A DNA stretch of 64,000 nt, from the NCBI GenBank assembly GCA_963794755.1, contig CAWCEX010000010.1, forward strand, positions 617,621 through 681,620. Direction: 5' to 3'. A program made the translations under genes and the position numbers. The notes beneath the pieces were generated by a model. That model searched no databases, was not told the DNA's origin, and worked only from the letters and a program-made list of their open reading frames with translations. Position 1 is the stretch's first letter. The number at the start of each line of letters is the position of its first letter. The stretch comes from an uncultured Actinomycetota bacterium (GTDB lineage Bacteria > Actinomycetota > Acidimicrobiia > Acidimicrobiales > RAAP-2). This document shows, one piece after another, positions 21,152 to 32,028 of the stretch.

Positions 21152-22768
21152 CTAGGCCGCGGTTGCCCTTTCAGAGCCGAGTCCGGTATTGGCTCGGACT
21201 TCGAGTTCTTCAAAGCGTTGAACAGAATGGGGATCCTTTGCACCAAACAAGGTCCCGAGCACGGCTCCGGCGAAGCCGATAGGAATGCTAAGCAGGCCGG
21301 GGTTTTCCAACGGGAAGATGGGCGCATGCTGGATGGCATGACGCGCGGGCCCCACCACCGTAACCGCATCAATCCCCATAACGCTGGGACCAATGAGGAT
21401 GAGGATGATGGAGGCTAGCAACCCAAAGAGCAGACCGCAGACCGCGCCAGAGGTGTTGAAGCGCTTCCAGTAAATGGAAAACACAATCACTGGAAGATTG
21501 GCCGAAGCCGCAACAGCAAACGCCAACGCTACCAGGAACGCCACGTTCGCCGTCGGTCCCAGGACAATCGCAATCGCAATGGCGACAGCTCCAACTACGA
21601 AAGCAGCAACGCGAGCGACCATGCGCTCCTCACCTGGGGAACGCTCAACGCCATGGTGAATCACGTTTGTCCACACGTCATGCGCGAACGAGGTGGAGGC
21701 GCTGATGGTGAGTCCGGCAACCACCGCAAGAATGGTGGCAAAAGCAATGGCGGAGATAAATGCAAAGAAGACATCTCCGGCAATTACCTTGGCCAGCAAA
21801 GGAGCGCTCATGTTAGTACCACCATTCTTGGTGATGAAGTCGCGGCCCACAATGGTCGCGGCTCCAAAACCGAGAAACGTGGTCATGATGTAGAAGCTGC
21901 CAATAATAACCATCGCCCAGACCACGGAGTGACGCGCCGTCTTGGCGTCAGGCACAGTGTAGAACCGAACGAGGATGTGCGGCAGTCCGGCGGTGCCGAA
22001 GATGAGCGCCATGCCGAGCGAGATCAACTCCAGCGGACCATAAGGCGGCTTGAAACGCAATCCGGGGGTCATGAAGTCTTTGACGACGAGTTTGCCGTCA
22101 GCGCCGTGATAGCTGACCTGGGAGATGGCCCGGAAGAACTCAACGAGGCTGAAATGGAAGTGAGCAAGCACCAGAATACTGAGGAGAATGGTGCCAGCCA
22201 TCAGAAGCACTGCCTTGATGATCTGTACCCAGGTGGTCGCCAACATACCGCCGAAGACGACATAGACGATCATCAATATTCCGACTCCGGTGACCGCGGC
22301 AGTGTAGCTGATGTGGCTGCCCTTGAGCAGCAAAGCCACCAGCGCTCCGGCGCCCACCATCTGCGCGATCATGTAGAAGGTGCTGACGGTGAGCGTGCTG
22401 ATCGAAGCCATCGCACGGACAGGACGCGGATTCAAGCGATAGGCGAGCACGTCCGCCATGGTGTACTTACCTGCATTGCGCAGAGGCTCTGCGACAATCA
22501 GCAACACCGTAAGGTAGGCAACCAGCCAGCCGACCGAGTACATGAAGCCGTCATAGCCGAAAAATGCGATGAGTCCGGCGATACCGAGGAACGAGGCCGC
22601 GCTCATGTAGTCTCCGGCAACGGCGATGCCGTTCTGCCAGGCGGTAATCTGACGATTGGCGGCAAAGAAACTGGCTGAAGAACCAGAACGCCGAGAAGCC
22701 CATGCCGTGATGCCAAGAGTGATGGCTATGAAGGAGAGGAACAACACCAGACTCATGTCGAGGTGCAT
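21152..22768 (-). CDS. actP: Cation/acetate symporter (SSS family)
   Basis: NGIAVAGDYMSAASFLG and GTAGLPHILVRFYTVP; in an operon with DUF485 and acs. Confidence 0.92.
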   Translation of the reverse strand: MHLDMSLVLFLSFIAITLGITAWASRRSGSSASFFAANRQITAWQNGIAVAGDYMSAASFLGIAGLIAFFGYDGFMYSVGWLVAYLTVLLIVAEPLRNAGKYTMADVLAYRLNPRPVRAMASISTLTVSTFYMIAQMVGAGALVALLLKGSHISYTAAVTGVGILMIVYVVFGGMLATTWVQIIKAVLLMAGTILLSILVLAHFHFSLVEFFRAISQVSYHGADGKLVVKDFMTPGLRFKPPYGPLELISLGMALIFGTAGLPHILVRFYTVPDAKTARHSVVWAMVIIGSFYIMTTFLGFGAATIVGRDFITKNGGTNMSAPLLAKVIAGDVFFAFISAIAFATILAVVAGLTISASTSFAHDVWTNVIHHGVERSPGEERMVARVAAFVVGAVAIAIAIVLGPTANVAFLVALAFAVAASANLPVIVFSIYWKRFNTSGAVCGLLFGLLASIILILIGPSVMGIDAVTVVGPARHAIQHAPIFPLENPGLLSIPIGFAGAVLGTLFGAKDPHSVQRFEELEVRANTGLGSERATAA

Positions 22769-22771
22769 ACT

Positions 22772-23179
22772 CTAAAGTCCTCTCTTTCCAGACTGCTCCA
22801 GGTCATATCCCTCGCGCTTCAGTGTTTCCAGGATGTGGGCGCCGAATTTGTCGAACTTGCGGGCCACACGGACATAGGCGAATGCAATGCCCCAAGCGAC
22901 AAAGAACTGCGACAACGCAAAGAGATAGGCCAGATTGACCGGGCCCAACACCTTGCGGCTCATGAACTCCGGAGCGTAACCAACCAGCACCGGAAGCGCG
23001 AAATAGTAGACGACGAAGAAAACAGTCGTCGGAATCACAAACTCCTTTTTGGCGAGAAGAAGCAGGCGGAACTCGTCCATCTCCTCCACGCGGTCCCACT
23101 TGGATTTTTCCACCCCGAACTTTGTGACCCCAGGCTTTTTCCAACCGCTGTCACCGTCTGTTCTTGGCAGTGTTGCCAT
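22772..23179 (-). CDS. DUF485 (YjcH-like) membrane protein
   Basis: Two TM segments, FFVVYYFALPVLVGYAPEFM; immediately upstream of actP, as in the E. coli yjcH-actP pair. Confidence 0.85.
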   Translation of the reverse strand: MATLPRTDGDSGWKKPGVTKFGVEKSKWDRVEEMDEFRLLLLAKKEFVIPTTVFFVVYYFALPVLVGYAPEFMSRKVLGPVNLAYLFALSQFFVAWGIAFAYVRVARKFDKFGAHILETLKREGYDLEQSGKRGL

Positions 23180-23514
23180 TGCGCGTCCTCCTAGATTGAC
23201 GGAGCCAGAGCTCCGTACCATAATGCCGATTTAATAAGACCGAGCTATGGAGAACGGCAGATACTTTATTCCGAGAAACAGCGGAATAGCTGTAGTTATC
23301 AATCGAAAATCGCCTGTGGCGACGACAACTCGCGCACCCGACAGAGCTGGCGCGCATCTATAATGTTGGATTTGGATGCTGGATTTGAGGCATGCTGGGC
23401 GAGGGAAAGAAAAAAAGCCGGGTGATCGGGCACAAGGTAGGTGTCAGTCCTGACAGTGTCGGAGAGATTGCTGGAAGCCCGGGCGAGAGTCTGCAATAGT
23501 TATCACAAGCGGAA

Positions 23515-23530
23515 TGTGATATAAGTCACT
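23515..23530. promoter_or_regulatory. CRP-type operator in the acetate operon / crp divergent region
   Basis: TGTGA-TATAAG-TCACT (1 mismatch to consensus). Confidence 0.55.
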
Positions 23531-23689
23531 TTTAGGATATCTGTCGTTCGCGAGGAATTCTGACCTGCGGCGGCAAGAGGTTGGGTATCCGAGCAGGTTT
23601 GGAACAGCACGGACTAGGGCCGGAGTGCGGACGAACTAGGCTTCCAAAAAATGAAAGTGTTACCATAATAGTTACTTGGGGAGGCTGAT

Positions 23690-24409
23690 TTGGGATCACC
23701 ATACGGCTTGGAACTGGTTGAGAATTGCTTGATATGTAAGCTGCGCACTGACAGCTTCTTTTGCGGTCTCCCCAAAGACCGCTCTGGAAGCGTTTGAAAA
23801 GATTAAGTTTACTGCAGCTTATCCGGCTGGAGCAGTGCTGTTTGTGGAAGGCCAGTCGCCGCGCGGAATTTATATGTTGTGCAAGGGACGGGTGAAGCTC
23901 TCGACAACATCAAGCGACGGAAAGACACTCATATCTGAAGATCGTGCAACCGGGCGAAGTGCTTGGCCTACACGCCACGGTTTCCAATACTCCCTATGAA
24001 ATCACCGCTGAGTCAGGACAACCCTGCCAGCTGAACTTCATCAAGCGAGAGGATTTTTTGCGCTTTCTGCAAGCAGCACGGAGACGCCTGCCTGAAGGCC
24101 GCACAGCATCTGAGCCGGGATTGCCAGTCCGCGTATCAGCAGATTCGCTCGCTGGGACTGTCCCACTCGGCACCGGAACGACTGGCACGGTTGCTGCTGG
24201 AGTGGTCCCACGGTGAGGGTGCCGATGAGGCGGGAATGCGCATCAAGGTCGCTCTGACCCACGAGGAGATCGCACAGATTATCGGAACTTCGAGGGAAAC
24301 GGTCACCCGCACGCTTGCGGATTTCCGAAAGAAACAGATTGCAGTTCTGAAGGGATCGACCCTGATGATCCGGAACAAGCCAGCGTTGGAGAGGCTGGTC
24401 GGAGCGTAG
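23690..24409 (+). CDS. Crp/Fnr-family transcriptional regulator (frameshifted)
   Basis: TTG start after GGGGAGG. Fragments across frames: GSPYGLELVENCLICKLR, AVLFVEGQSPRGIYMLCKGRVKL, PGEVLG, and HTH LTHEEIAQIIGTSRETVTR. Confidence 0.85.
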
Positions 24410-25078
24410 GTTGAGGAAGCTTTTTGGAAGAAAGCTCGCCATCATGGCGAGCTTTCCCGTTTTGGGATATTTTTGGTTTGCGAACGATTCTGGGCGTCTC
24501 CCGCAGTTAGCACCTGCTTATTTCTTCAACAATGTGGCGATTTGTAGCAATTCGCTGTTGCGCAATGCAGCATTTAGATACATCGAAGTCCTCTCTGCCG
24601 CACGCGACCACGTGATGCGCGTCACGGTGATAAAAGATTGGCAGGTACATTCTTGCTTCGCATCGCACAAGCTGTTCTTTGTGGTCAGCTAACCGATGCG
24701 AATTTCAGCTTTCGTGGCCGGGATTGGATCGGGACCGCGAAGAGCCGGTCCGCAGCCTCAGGCTTCGGCGCATTGTTCGATTTTCGGGTCGAGGTTTCAA
24801 GCACCCCGACTACTGAAATGTCAGGCAGCCAGGAAGAGCATAGCGCTGGAGAAGATCCCGGTGGATTTAGACAAGTGCGATGTGGGATATCGGCGTTTTG
24901 AAGGCCGGACCATTGCACGCTCGTCCACTGCGGCGCGAACCGCTGGCCTGCGTGAGGTAACCGAGGAAACACGAAGTTACCGGCTCCGTCCACTGCAAAA
25001 CTCGCCGTATTCCCACGCCAAAGTTAATTTAATCCGACTGACATGGACATGCCAGCCGTTAGCGGTGCGGGAGAGCTT

Positions 25079-25849
25079 ATGAGCAAGGCTATACTTTACG
25101 ATGCTACATTATGCATCGGCTGCAAGCAGTGCGAGGCCGCATGTGCCCAGCAGAACGAACTGCCCTACGACGACAAAGTGGCGGCCGAGTCGGTTCAGTC
25201 GGAGCACAAATTCACGGCGGTTCTCACCCAACAACGATAAATTCATGCGCAGGCTTTGCATGCACTGCGAGGAGCCAGCATGCGCCTCGGTTTGCCCGGT
25301 CGGTGCCTTACATAAGACAGCCGACGGTCCGGTGGTTTATGACGTCTGGAAGTGCCTCGGCTGTCGTTATTGCATGGTAGCCTGCGCGTTCTCTGTGCCC
25401 AAGTACGAGTGGGGAAAGCTGAACCCGCGGGTGCGCAAATGCATCATGTGCCCCGACCGGGTGGCGGCAGGTAAGCAAACCGCCTGTGCGGAGATCTGTC
25501 CAGTGGGCGCAACCAAGTTCGGTGATCGCGATGCATTGGTCGCAGAGGCGCAGGACCGGCTCCGCCAGAACCCGTCAAATTACGTTCCTCACATCTACGG
25601 TCTGAAAGAAGTGGGTGGAACCGATGTCTGTTGCTCTCCTCTGTGCCTTTCCAGCAGTTCGGCTTGCCGAAGGCCGAGCGTGTCGGCGACACTCCGCTGC
25701 CTGAGTACACTGGCCGGGTGATGGAACTGATGCCTGATTTTATTCCTCTCTGGGCGCTGGTCCTGGGCGGTGTGTACTGGGTCTCCAACCGCCGCAAAGA
25801 AGTCGCTGAAGTTGAAGCCGAAGAGAGAGCTATGCGAGGTGCAAAATGA
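25079..25849 (+). CDS. 4Fe-4S dicluster protein, HybA/HmcB-like (frameshifted)
   Basis: DATLCIGCKQCEAAC, CMHCEEPACASVCP, CLGCRYCMVAC, KCIMC..CAEICP; C-terminal TM anchor. Confidence 0.85.
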
Positions 25850-27086
25850 CGATTATGAACATTAGGGGTAACGTTCTGGCGAGTGGTGTTTGCCGTGATC
25901 ATGCTGCTCGGCATCTACTCCACCTACGTCCGCTATTTCCAAGGCCTCGGCGCCGTCTCCAACATGACGGACCAGTTCCCCTGGGGGATTTGGATTGGCT
26001 TTGACTGCCTCTGCGGTGTCATGCTGGCCGCCGGAGGGTTTCTGCGTGACCGGAGCGGTTTACATCTTCCACGTCGAGCGCCTGCACTGCATCGTTCGCC
26101 CCGCCATCCTTACAGCCTTTCTGGGATACGTTCTGTTTATCGTCGGCCTGCTCTTTGATCTTGGCCGTCCCTGGTACATCTGGCACATGATGGTCTACCA
26201 GAACTTCCACTCGGTCATGCTCGAGGTGGGCTTCTGTGTCATGACCTACACCACGGTCCTCTTCTTCGAATTTCTGCCGAACGTGCTGGAGTAGCTTCAA
26301 CCTGCAGGCGCCGATCCGCTGGGTCAAGAAAGTCTATCCCGTGCTGGTGTGTATGGGCATTCTGCTCTCCACGCTCCACCAGAGCTCGCTCGGCTCTCTC
26401 TTCCTGATCTTCCCGGAGAAGATGCATCCGTTCTGGTACACGCCAGCACAGCCGTTCTTCTTCTTCATCTCAGCCATTATCTGCGGACTGGCGATGACGA
26501 TCTTTGAATCCACTCTCAGCGCACGCTCCTTCGGACGCAGTCTGGAACGCTCTGTCATCACCGAGCTTTCCGGCGTGCTTTACGTGGCCCTGTGGGTAAT
26601 GGCGCTGCTGCGGTTGCAAGATTACTACCATCGCGGCGTATTCGCGAGCATCTTTAAGCCCAGTTACGAGGCCTATTTCCTGTGGTTAGAGCTGGCCCTC
26701 GCCTTTGTGATCCCGCTGACGATGCTGAGCTTTAAGCAGGTACCGCACCAACCCTCACCTTTCTTACCTTGCTGCCCTGAGCACCATTTTGGGCTTTGTC
26801 ACCAACCGCCTGAACGTGGCCATGACCAGCATGGAAACCTGGGTTGGACATCACTATGTACCGAAGTGGACCGAGGTCAGCATTTCAGCTGATGATCTGC
26901 GCAATGGGCTTCTTCGTCTTCACGTTGGCGCGAAGTACCTGCCGATCTTCGAAGATGAGCATCACGGAGCTCCTCACGCCGCGCATGCAACGGCGGAAGT
27001 ATCGAGTCGGCGCAACAGCCTACGCTGGTGCACTAGTCGACAAGGCGGGAGCCCTGCTAACCGGCGGCGCTCCCGCTGTTCACTAA
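25846..27086 (+). CDS. NrfD/HybB-like integral membrane subunit (frameshifted; end approximate)
   Basis: ATGA overlap with the FeS gene; DQFPWGIWIGFD, DLGRPW, LSTLHQSSLGSL and WYTP motifs of the HybB/HmcC family. Confidence 0.8.
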
Positions 27087-27097
27087 TGGGGCAAGCT

Positions 27098-28781
27098 ATG
27101 TTTCGCGCAACTAGAGTCGCGGGTAAAGCACGTCAGTACCAAGCTTCTGGTGCTATTGCTGGCTTGCCTGGCATGCGGCTCAGCCGTGCTCGGATACGTC
27201 AATATCCGGCTGCATGGGCACGACCTGGAACAGGTTTCGCTGGAGCAGGCTATTGAAATCAGCGATTTCGTCCGGGACAACACCTACCGGTCAATGATGG
27301 CCAACGACAGGGTAGTCTGCATGAGGCCATCCAGGCAATCGGTAGTCACCACGAGGTCGAGCGGATCAGCATCATCAATCACGAGGGCGGGTAGCGTTCT
27401 CCACCGACTCCCATGAGGCCGGAACCCTGATCCAGCGGGACAGCAACCAGTGCATTGAATGCCATCGTGGAACCGCCCAACCCATACTGAAGAAGCGGTT
27501 CAGAATCTACGAAGCGCAGGATCAGGACGGCAAACATCGTGTACTGGGCGTAATTACGCCGATTATGAACAAACCGGAATGCTCGAACGCAACCTGCCAT
27601 GCGCATCCGGCAACGCAACGCATCCTGGGAGTACTGGACACCGGGCTGTCTCTCAAGCGCGAAGATGCGAGCCTGGCTCAAAGCAGCCTTTGGTAGTCGT
27701 GCTGCTGCTTTGTGGAGGAGCGTGCATTGGTCTGTTTGTATGGATTGCAATTCGTACGGTGCTGCATACTCCGCTGAGGCGTTTGCAGGAGGGAACCAGA
27801 ACATCTGGCTGAGGGCGAACTGGGATATCAGATTCCAGTGGAATCGCCGACGAATTGGGCGCGCTGGCGAAAGCTTTCAACAGCATGAGCAGCCAATTGC
27901 AAGCGGCGCAGCGCGAGATCACAAGCTGGGCGCACACGCTGGAGCATCGGGTGGAGCAGAAGACCAGCGAATTGCAGAACACACAGCAGCAGATTCTGCA
28001 GGTGGAGCGCATGGTTGCAATCGGCAAGATGTCAGCCGTGGTGGCGCATGAAATCAACAATCCACTGGCTGGGATTCTGACCTATGCCAAGCTGCTGAAG
28101 AAGTGGATTGAGCGCGGCATTAAAGACGAGGAGCAGAAGCAGGAAGCGCTCGAATCGCTAGACCTGATTGCCAGCGAGAGCAAGAGATGCGGCGAACTAC
28201 TTGAAGAACCTTCTAGTCGTTCTCACGCACCTCGCCAATGAACCTGAGCCTTGGCGATTTGAACACGGTGATCACCCGGACGATGCGTCTGGCAGAACAC
28301 AAGGCGGAGATGAGCGGAGTGCTGTTCAGGTGGACTTGGACCGCGAACTTGCCGCCGATCCACTGCGATGCCGCACAGATGGAACAGGTGGCACTCGCAA
28401 TGGCAATCAACGCGATTGACGCGATGCCGCACGGAGGAAATCTCTGGGTTTCCACGCGCACACTCCCGGGCGGCGGAAGCAAGTCGAACTGCAGGTACGC
28501 GACGACGGCGTTGGCATCCCGCCGGAAATTTTGCCGCAGATTTTCGATCCCTTCACCACGACCAAAGAAGTGGGCAAGGGAGTTGGGCCTGGGACTGGCG
28601 GTTTCCAAGGGAATTGTGGAACGCCACGGAGGACACATCGAGGTCTCCTCCGAACTGGGCGTGGGAACCACATTCCGTGATCATCGTGCCTGTGTGTGCG
28701 GTGCATCCAGAAGACGCACATGCGCAGGCTTCATCGGGCAGTTGAGCGCTGGAGCGCAAGGGCGCGGGAGCAGGAATGTGA
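27098..28781 (+). CDS. HAMP sensor histidine kinase with putative heme-c periplasmic domain (multiply frameshifted)
   Basis: CIECH at 27451-27465, CSNATCH at 27580-27600, [18 protein letters not shown]-box [11 protein letters not shown]-box GLGLAVS..GTTF. Confidence 0.8.
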
Positions 28782-30147
28782 GCGAAAACAAAAGCCGTCT
28801 GCTGATTGTGGATGATGAATTGAGCGTGCGCGATTCGCTGAACAAATGGTTCCGCGAAGAGGGCTACGAAGTGGGAACGGCGGAAAACGCCAGCGAGGCG
28901 CTGCTGCGACTGGCGGAGCATCCATGGGACATCGCGCTGCTCGACATAAAGATGCGCGGGACCGACGGCATCGAGTTGCAGCGGCGCATCCACGAACTCG
29001 ATCCGAACCTGATCGTCATCATGATGACCGGATATGCCTCGGTGGAGACAGCCGTTGCGGCGCTGAAGAACGGCGCCTACGACTACGTGACCAAGCCGCT
29101 GGACCCGGATGAGATCGCGCATTTGATGCAAAACGCGCTCTCACACCGGCACGGCGCGTGAAGAGAATGTCCGGCTGCGCGAGACAGGTGGACGAAGTGG
29201 CCCGGCCAGACAATATGGTCGGCCAGAGCGCTGCGATGAAGAAAGTGTTCGAGGCGATCGAGACCGTAGGCCCTACCGACGCCACCGTGCTGATCACCGG
29301 CGAGAGCGGTACCGGCAAGGAACTTGTTGCCCGAGCAATCCACTTTGCCAGCCCGCGGCGCTATCATCCACTGGTGGCGATCCACTGCGGAGCGTTGACC
29401 GAGACACTACTGGAAAGCGAGCTGTTCGGCCACGAGAAAGGCGCATTCACCGGCGCGCAGTATCGCAAGAAAGGGAAGTTCGAAGTAGCCGAGGGCGGCA
29501 CGGTCTTCCTCGACGAGATTGGCGACATCAGCCTGCGCACGCAGACCGATTTGCTGCGCGTGCTGCAGGAGCGGGAGATCGTGCGCGTCGGCGGCAATAC
29601 ATCGCATGAAGGTGGACTTCCGCTGCGTGGCCGCCACCAACAAACCTCTGGAGCAACTGATTGAAGAGGGACGCTTCCGTCCCGATCTCTACTACCGGCT
29701 GAATGTATTCCGCATCGAGTTGCCGCCATTGCGCGAGCGCCGCGACGATATTCCGATGCTGGTAGACCATTTTGTCAGCAAGTTCTCGCGCGAGATGAAC
29801 AAGAAGATTCTGCGGGTGAATCCGCGCGCAATGGACCTGCTGCAGCAGTACCATTGGCCGGGAAATATCCGTGAACTGGAGAACGCAGTGGAGCGCGCGA
29901 TGGTGGTTTCGCAGGAGCCGGAGTTACGCGAACGCGACTTCACCATTCAGCCTCATGCGACCACAGCCGCGCCGCTGGCCGACGCACGCTCGCTGGAGGA
30001 TATCGAGAAGACACATATTCTGCGGGTGTTGGATGAGTGTGGTGGCAACCAGACGCGGGCTGCTGAAATACTGGAGATCGACAGGGTGACGCTGCATCAC
30101 AAATTGAAGAAATATGGATGGAGCAAGCAGGCGCTGACAGCGCCTGA
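28778..30147 (+). CDS. Sigma-54-dependent response regulator (NtrC/AtoC family; frameshifted)
   Basis: REC (LIVDDE, ALLDIKM, YVTKP), [40 protein letters not shown], Fis-type HTH. Confidence 0.88.
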
Positions 30148-30154
30148 GAACTCG

Positions 30155-30691
30155 ATGAAGGTATTGCAGCTACTACCCATCGGCGGTCCCCATGAACCGA
30201 TGCTGGATTGGTTGCGCTCTGAACTTTCGGAGGCATTCCAAATCCGGTGTGAGATCCTGAGCCCTCCATTGCGCCCGGAATTTGCCTTTCATCGCCGAAC
30301 GCGGCCAGTACCATTCCAGCGAACTGATTGGCCGGATGCAGCAGTATGCGAATTGGAAGACCTGGAGGTTGCTCGGCGTAACCCCGGTCGATCTGTACAT
30401 CCCAATTCTTACGTTCGTCTTCGGCGAAGCGCAGATGGGCGGAAAGTGCGCGGTGGTTTCCTCGCGCGCCTGCGAGCAGGAGTTCTACGGACTGCCCCCG
30501 GATATGAATCTGCTGTCGCGCAGGCTGTTAATCGAATCCATCCATGAACTGGGACACACTCTGGAACTGCACCACTGCATGACTATAGCTGCGTCATGTC
30601 CAGCTCTCACGCGGTGGAATGGATCGATTTGAAAGAGCAGACGTTTTGCACCGAATGCGCGGCCAAGGCTCAGGCACTGGCGCGCAAGTAG
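30155..30691 (+). CDS. Archaemetzincin-family Zn metalloprotease (frameshifted)
   Basis: ERGQYHS, LGVTPVDLYIPILTFVFGEA, IHELGHTLELHHC..CVM, and a final CxxC. Confidence 0.82.
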
Positions 30692-30888
30692 CGACTTCCT
30701 TCAAAGCCAAAGTGCGTGGCTCGTACGCTCTGACACATTGCGCGGAGCCCGCGCAAGACTTGAACAGCATCATTCGCAAGTGGCTGAAATTATTCTGTGC
30801 AGACACGCCGGGTCCTGCGAATAGTACAATCGGCTTTTCCGGATGCGAAGGGTTCTGAGGCGCTGAATTTCCAGAGGGAAGTGCTGAA

Positions 30889-32028
30889 TTGATTGTTGCC
30901 GGGGTGATGAGCGGAACTTCTGCCGACGGGGTGGACGTGGCCATTGTGCGGCTGACCGGACGTCACTTTCGGACCCGTTTTGAGTTGATCGCGCATCATG
31001 CATTTCCCTACCCCGCATCCGTGCGAACAGCCGTGCTCAATGCGATGAATGCGCGGTCGATTGCGGTCAGTGAGTTGGCGCGGTTGAACTTTCTGCTGGC
31101 TGAGATTTATGCCGATTGCGTTCTGCGGACTCAGCGGCGTGCGGGCGTGCTCTGCGAATTGGTGGGCTGCCATGGGCAGACGATCTATCATCAAGGTGAG
31201 GCCGCAAAATACTTGGGGCGCAACATCGCCTGCACCTGGCAGATTGGCGATGGCTCGGTGGTTGCAACGCGGTTGGGGATTCCCGTGGTGAGTGATTTTC
31301 GTCCAGCCGATATGGCGGCAGGAGGCCTGGGCGCGCCGCTGGTTCCCTTCCTTGACCTGCTGGTGTTTCGCCAGGCAAAGCGGGGCCGGATCGTGCAAAA
31401 CATCGGAGGAATCGGCAACCTGACGGCGATTCCCGCCGCAGCAGGCCCCGAGCAGGTGCGTGCGTTTGATACCGGTCCGGGCAACATGGTAATCGATGCG
31501 CTCTGCGAGAAGCTCTTTGGCGCGGCGTTTGACGACCGAGGCAGGTTAGCCGCGAAGGGCAACGTGCTTGGCGCAGTGCTGGCGGAGCGAATGAAACATC
31601 CGTTCTTCCGGCGCAAGGGTCCGCGCACGGCGGGGCGCGAGGAGTTTGGGCACCAGTACATGCAGGAGTTTTTGAAGCAGTGCGGGCGGGCTGACCGGCA
31701 CGATGTGCTGGCCACGGCCACGGCTTTGACGGCGCGCTCCATTGGCGAGGCAGTTCGTAGACTCTTGAAAAAGGACCGGTACCACGATCTGTTTGTCTCC
31801 GGCGGAGGCACGCGGAACCTGACGCTGATGAAGATGATTCGCAGCGAGGTGGCTGAGCTTGGGATCGACGTGTTGCCGACCGATGCTGCGGGAGTACCTT
31901 CGCAGGCGAAGGAAGCCATTGCTTTTGCTGTGCTCGCCTACCAGACATGGCATCGCAAGACTTCCAACATTTCAGGAGCAACCGGCGCCGATCGCGAGGT
32001 GATTCTGGGCAAGGTGAGCTATGCGTAG
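30889..32028 (+). CDS. anmK: Anhydro-N-acetylmuramic acid kinase
   Basis: GVMSGTSADGVD, GCHGQT, GGLGAPLVP, NIGGIGN, FDTGPGN, KEAIAFA. Confidence 0.93.
   Translation: MIVAGVMSGTSADGVDVAIVRLTGRHFRTRFELIAHHAFPYPASVRTAVLNAMNARSIAVSELARLNFLLAEIYADCVLRTQRRAGVLCELVGCHGQTIYHQGEAAKYLGRNIACTWQIGDGSVVATRLGIPVVSDFRPADMAAGGLGAPLVPFLDLLVFRQAKRGRIVQNIGGIGNLTAIPAAAGPEQVRAFDTGPGNMVIDALCEKLFGAAFDDRGRLAAKGNVLGAVLAERMKHPFFRRKGPRTAGREEFGHQYMQEFLKQCGRADRHDVLATATALTARSIGEAVRRLLKKDRYHDLFVSGGGTRNLTLMKMIRSEVAELGIDVLPTDAAGVPSQAKEAIAFAVLAYQTWHRKTSNISGATGADREVILGKVSYA

Noticed and set aside
24639-24658. Sigma-54 promoter upstream of the FeS/NrfD operon (TGGCA...TTGC)
   Set aside because: GG-to-GC spacing is 13 (or 9) nt rather than the required 10
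28238-29161. Apparent kinase-receiver hybrid ORF
   Set aside because: Produced by frameshifts in the HATPase region; the GTGA overlap at 28778-28781 marks separate kinase and regulator genes
29519-30547. Apparent sigma-54 regulator-archaemetzincin fusion ORF
   Set aside because: An out-of-frame TGA at 30145-30147 and an ATG at 30155 fit two separate genes; with so many indels nearby, a frameshift error is the simpler explanation
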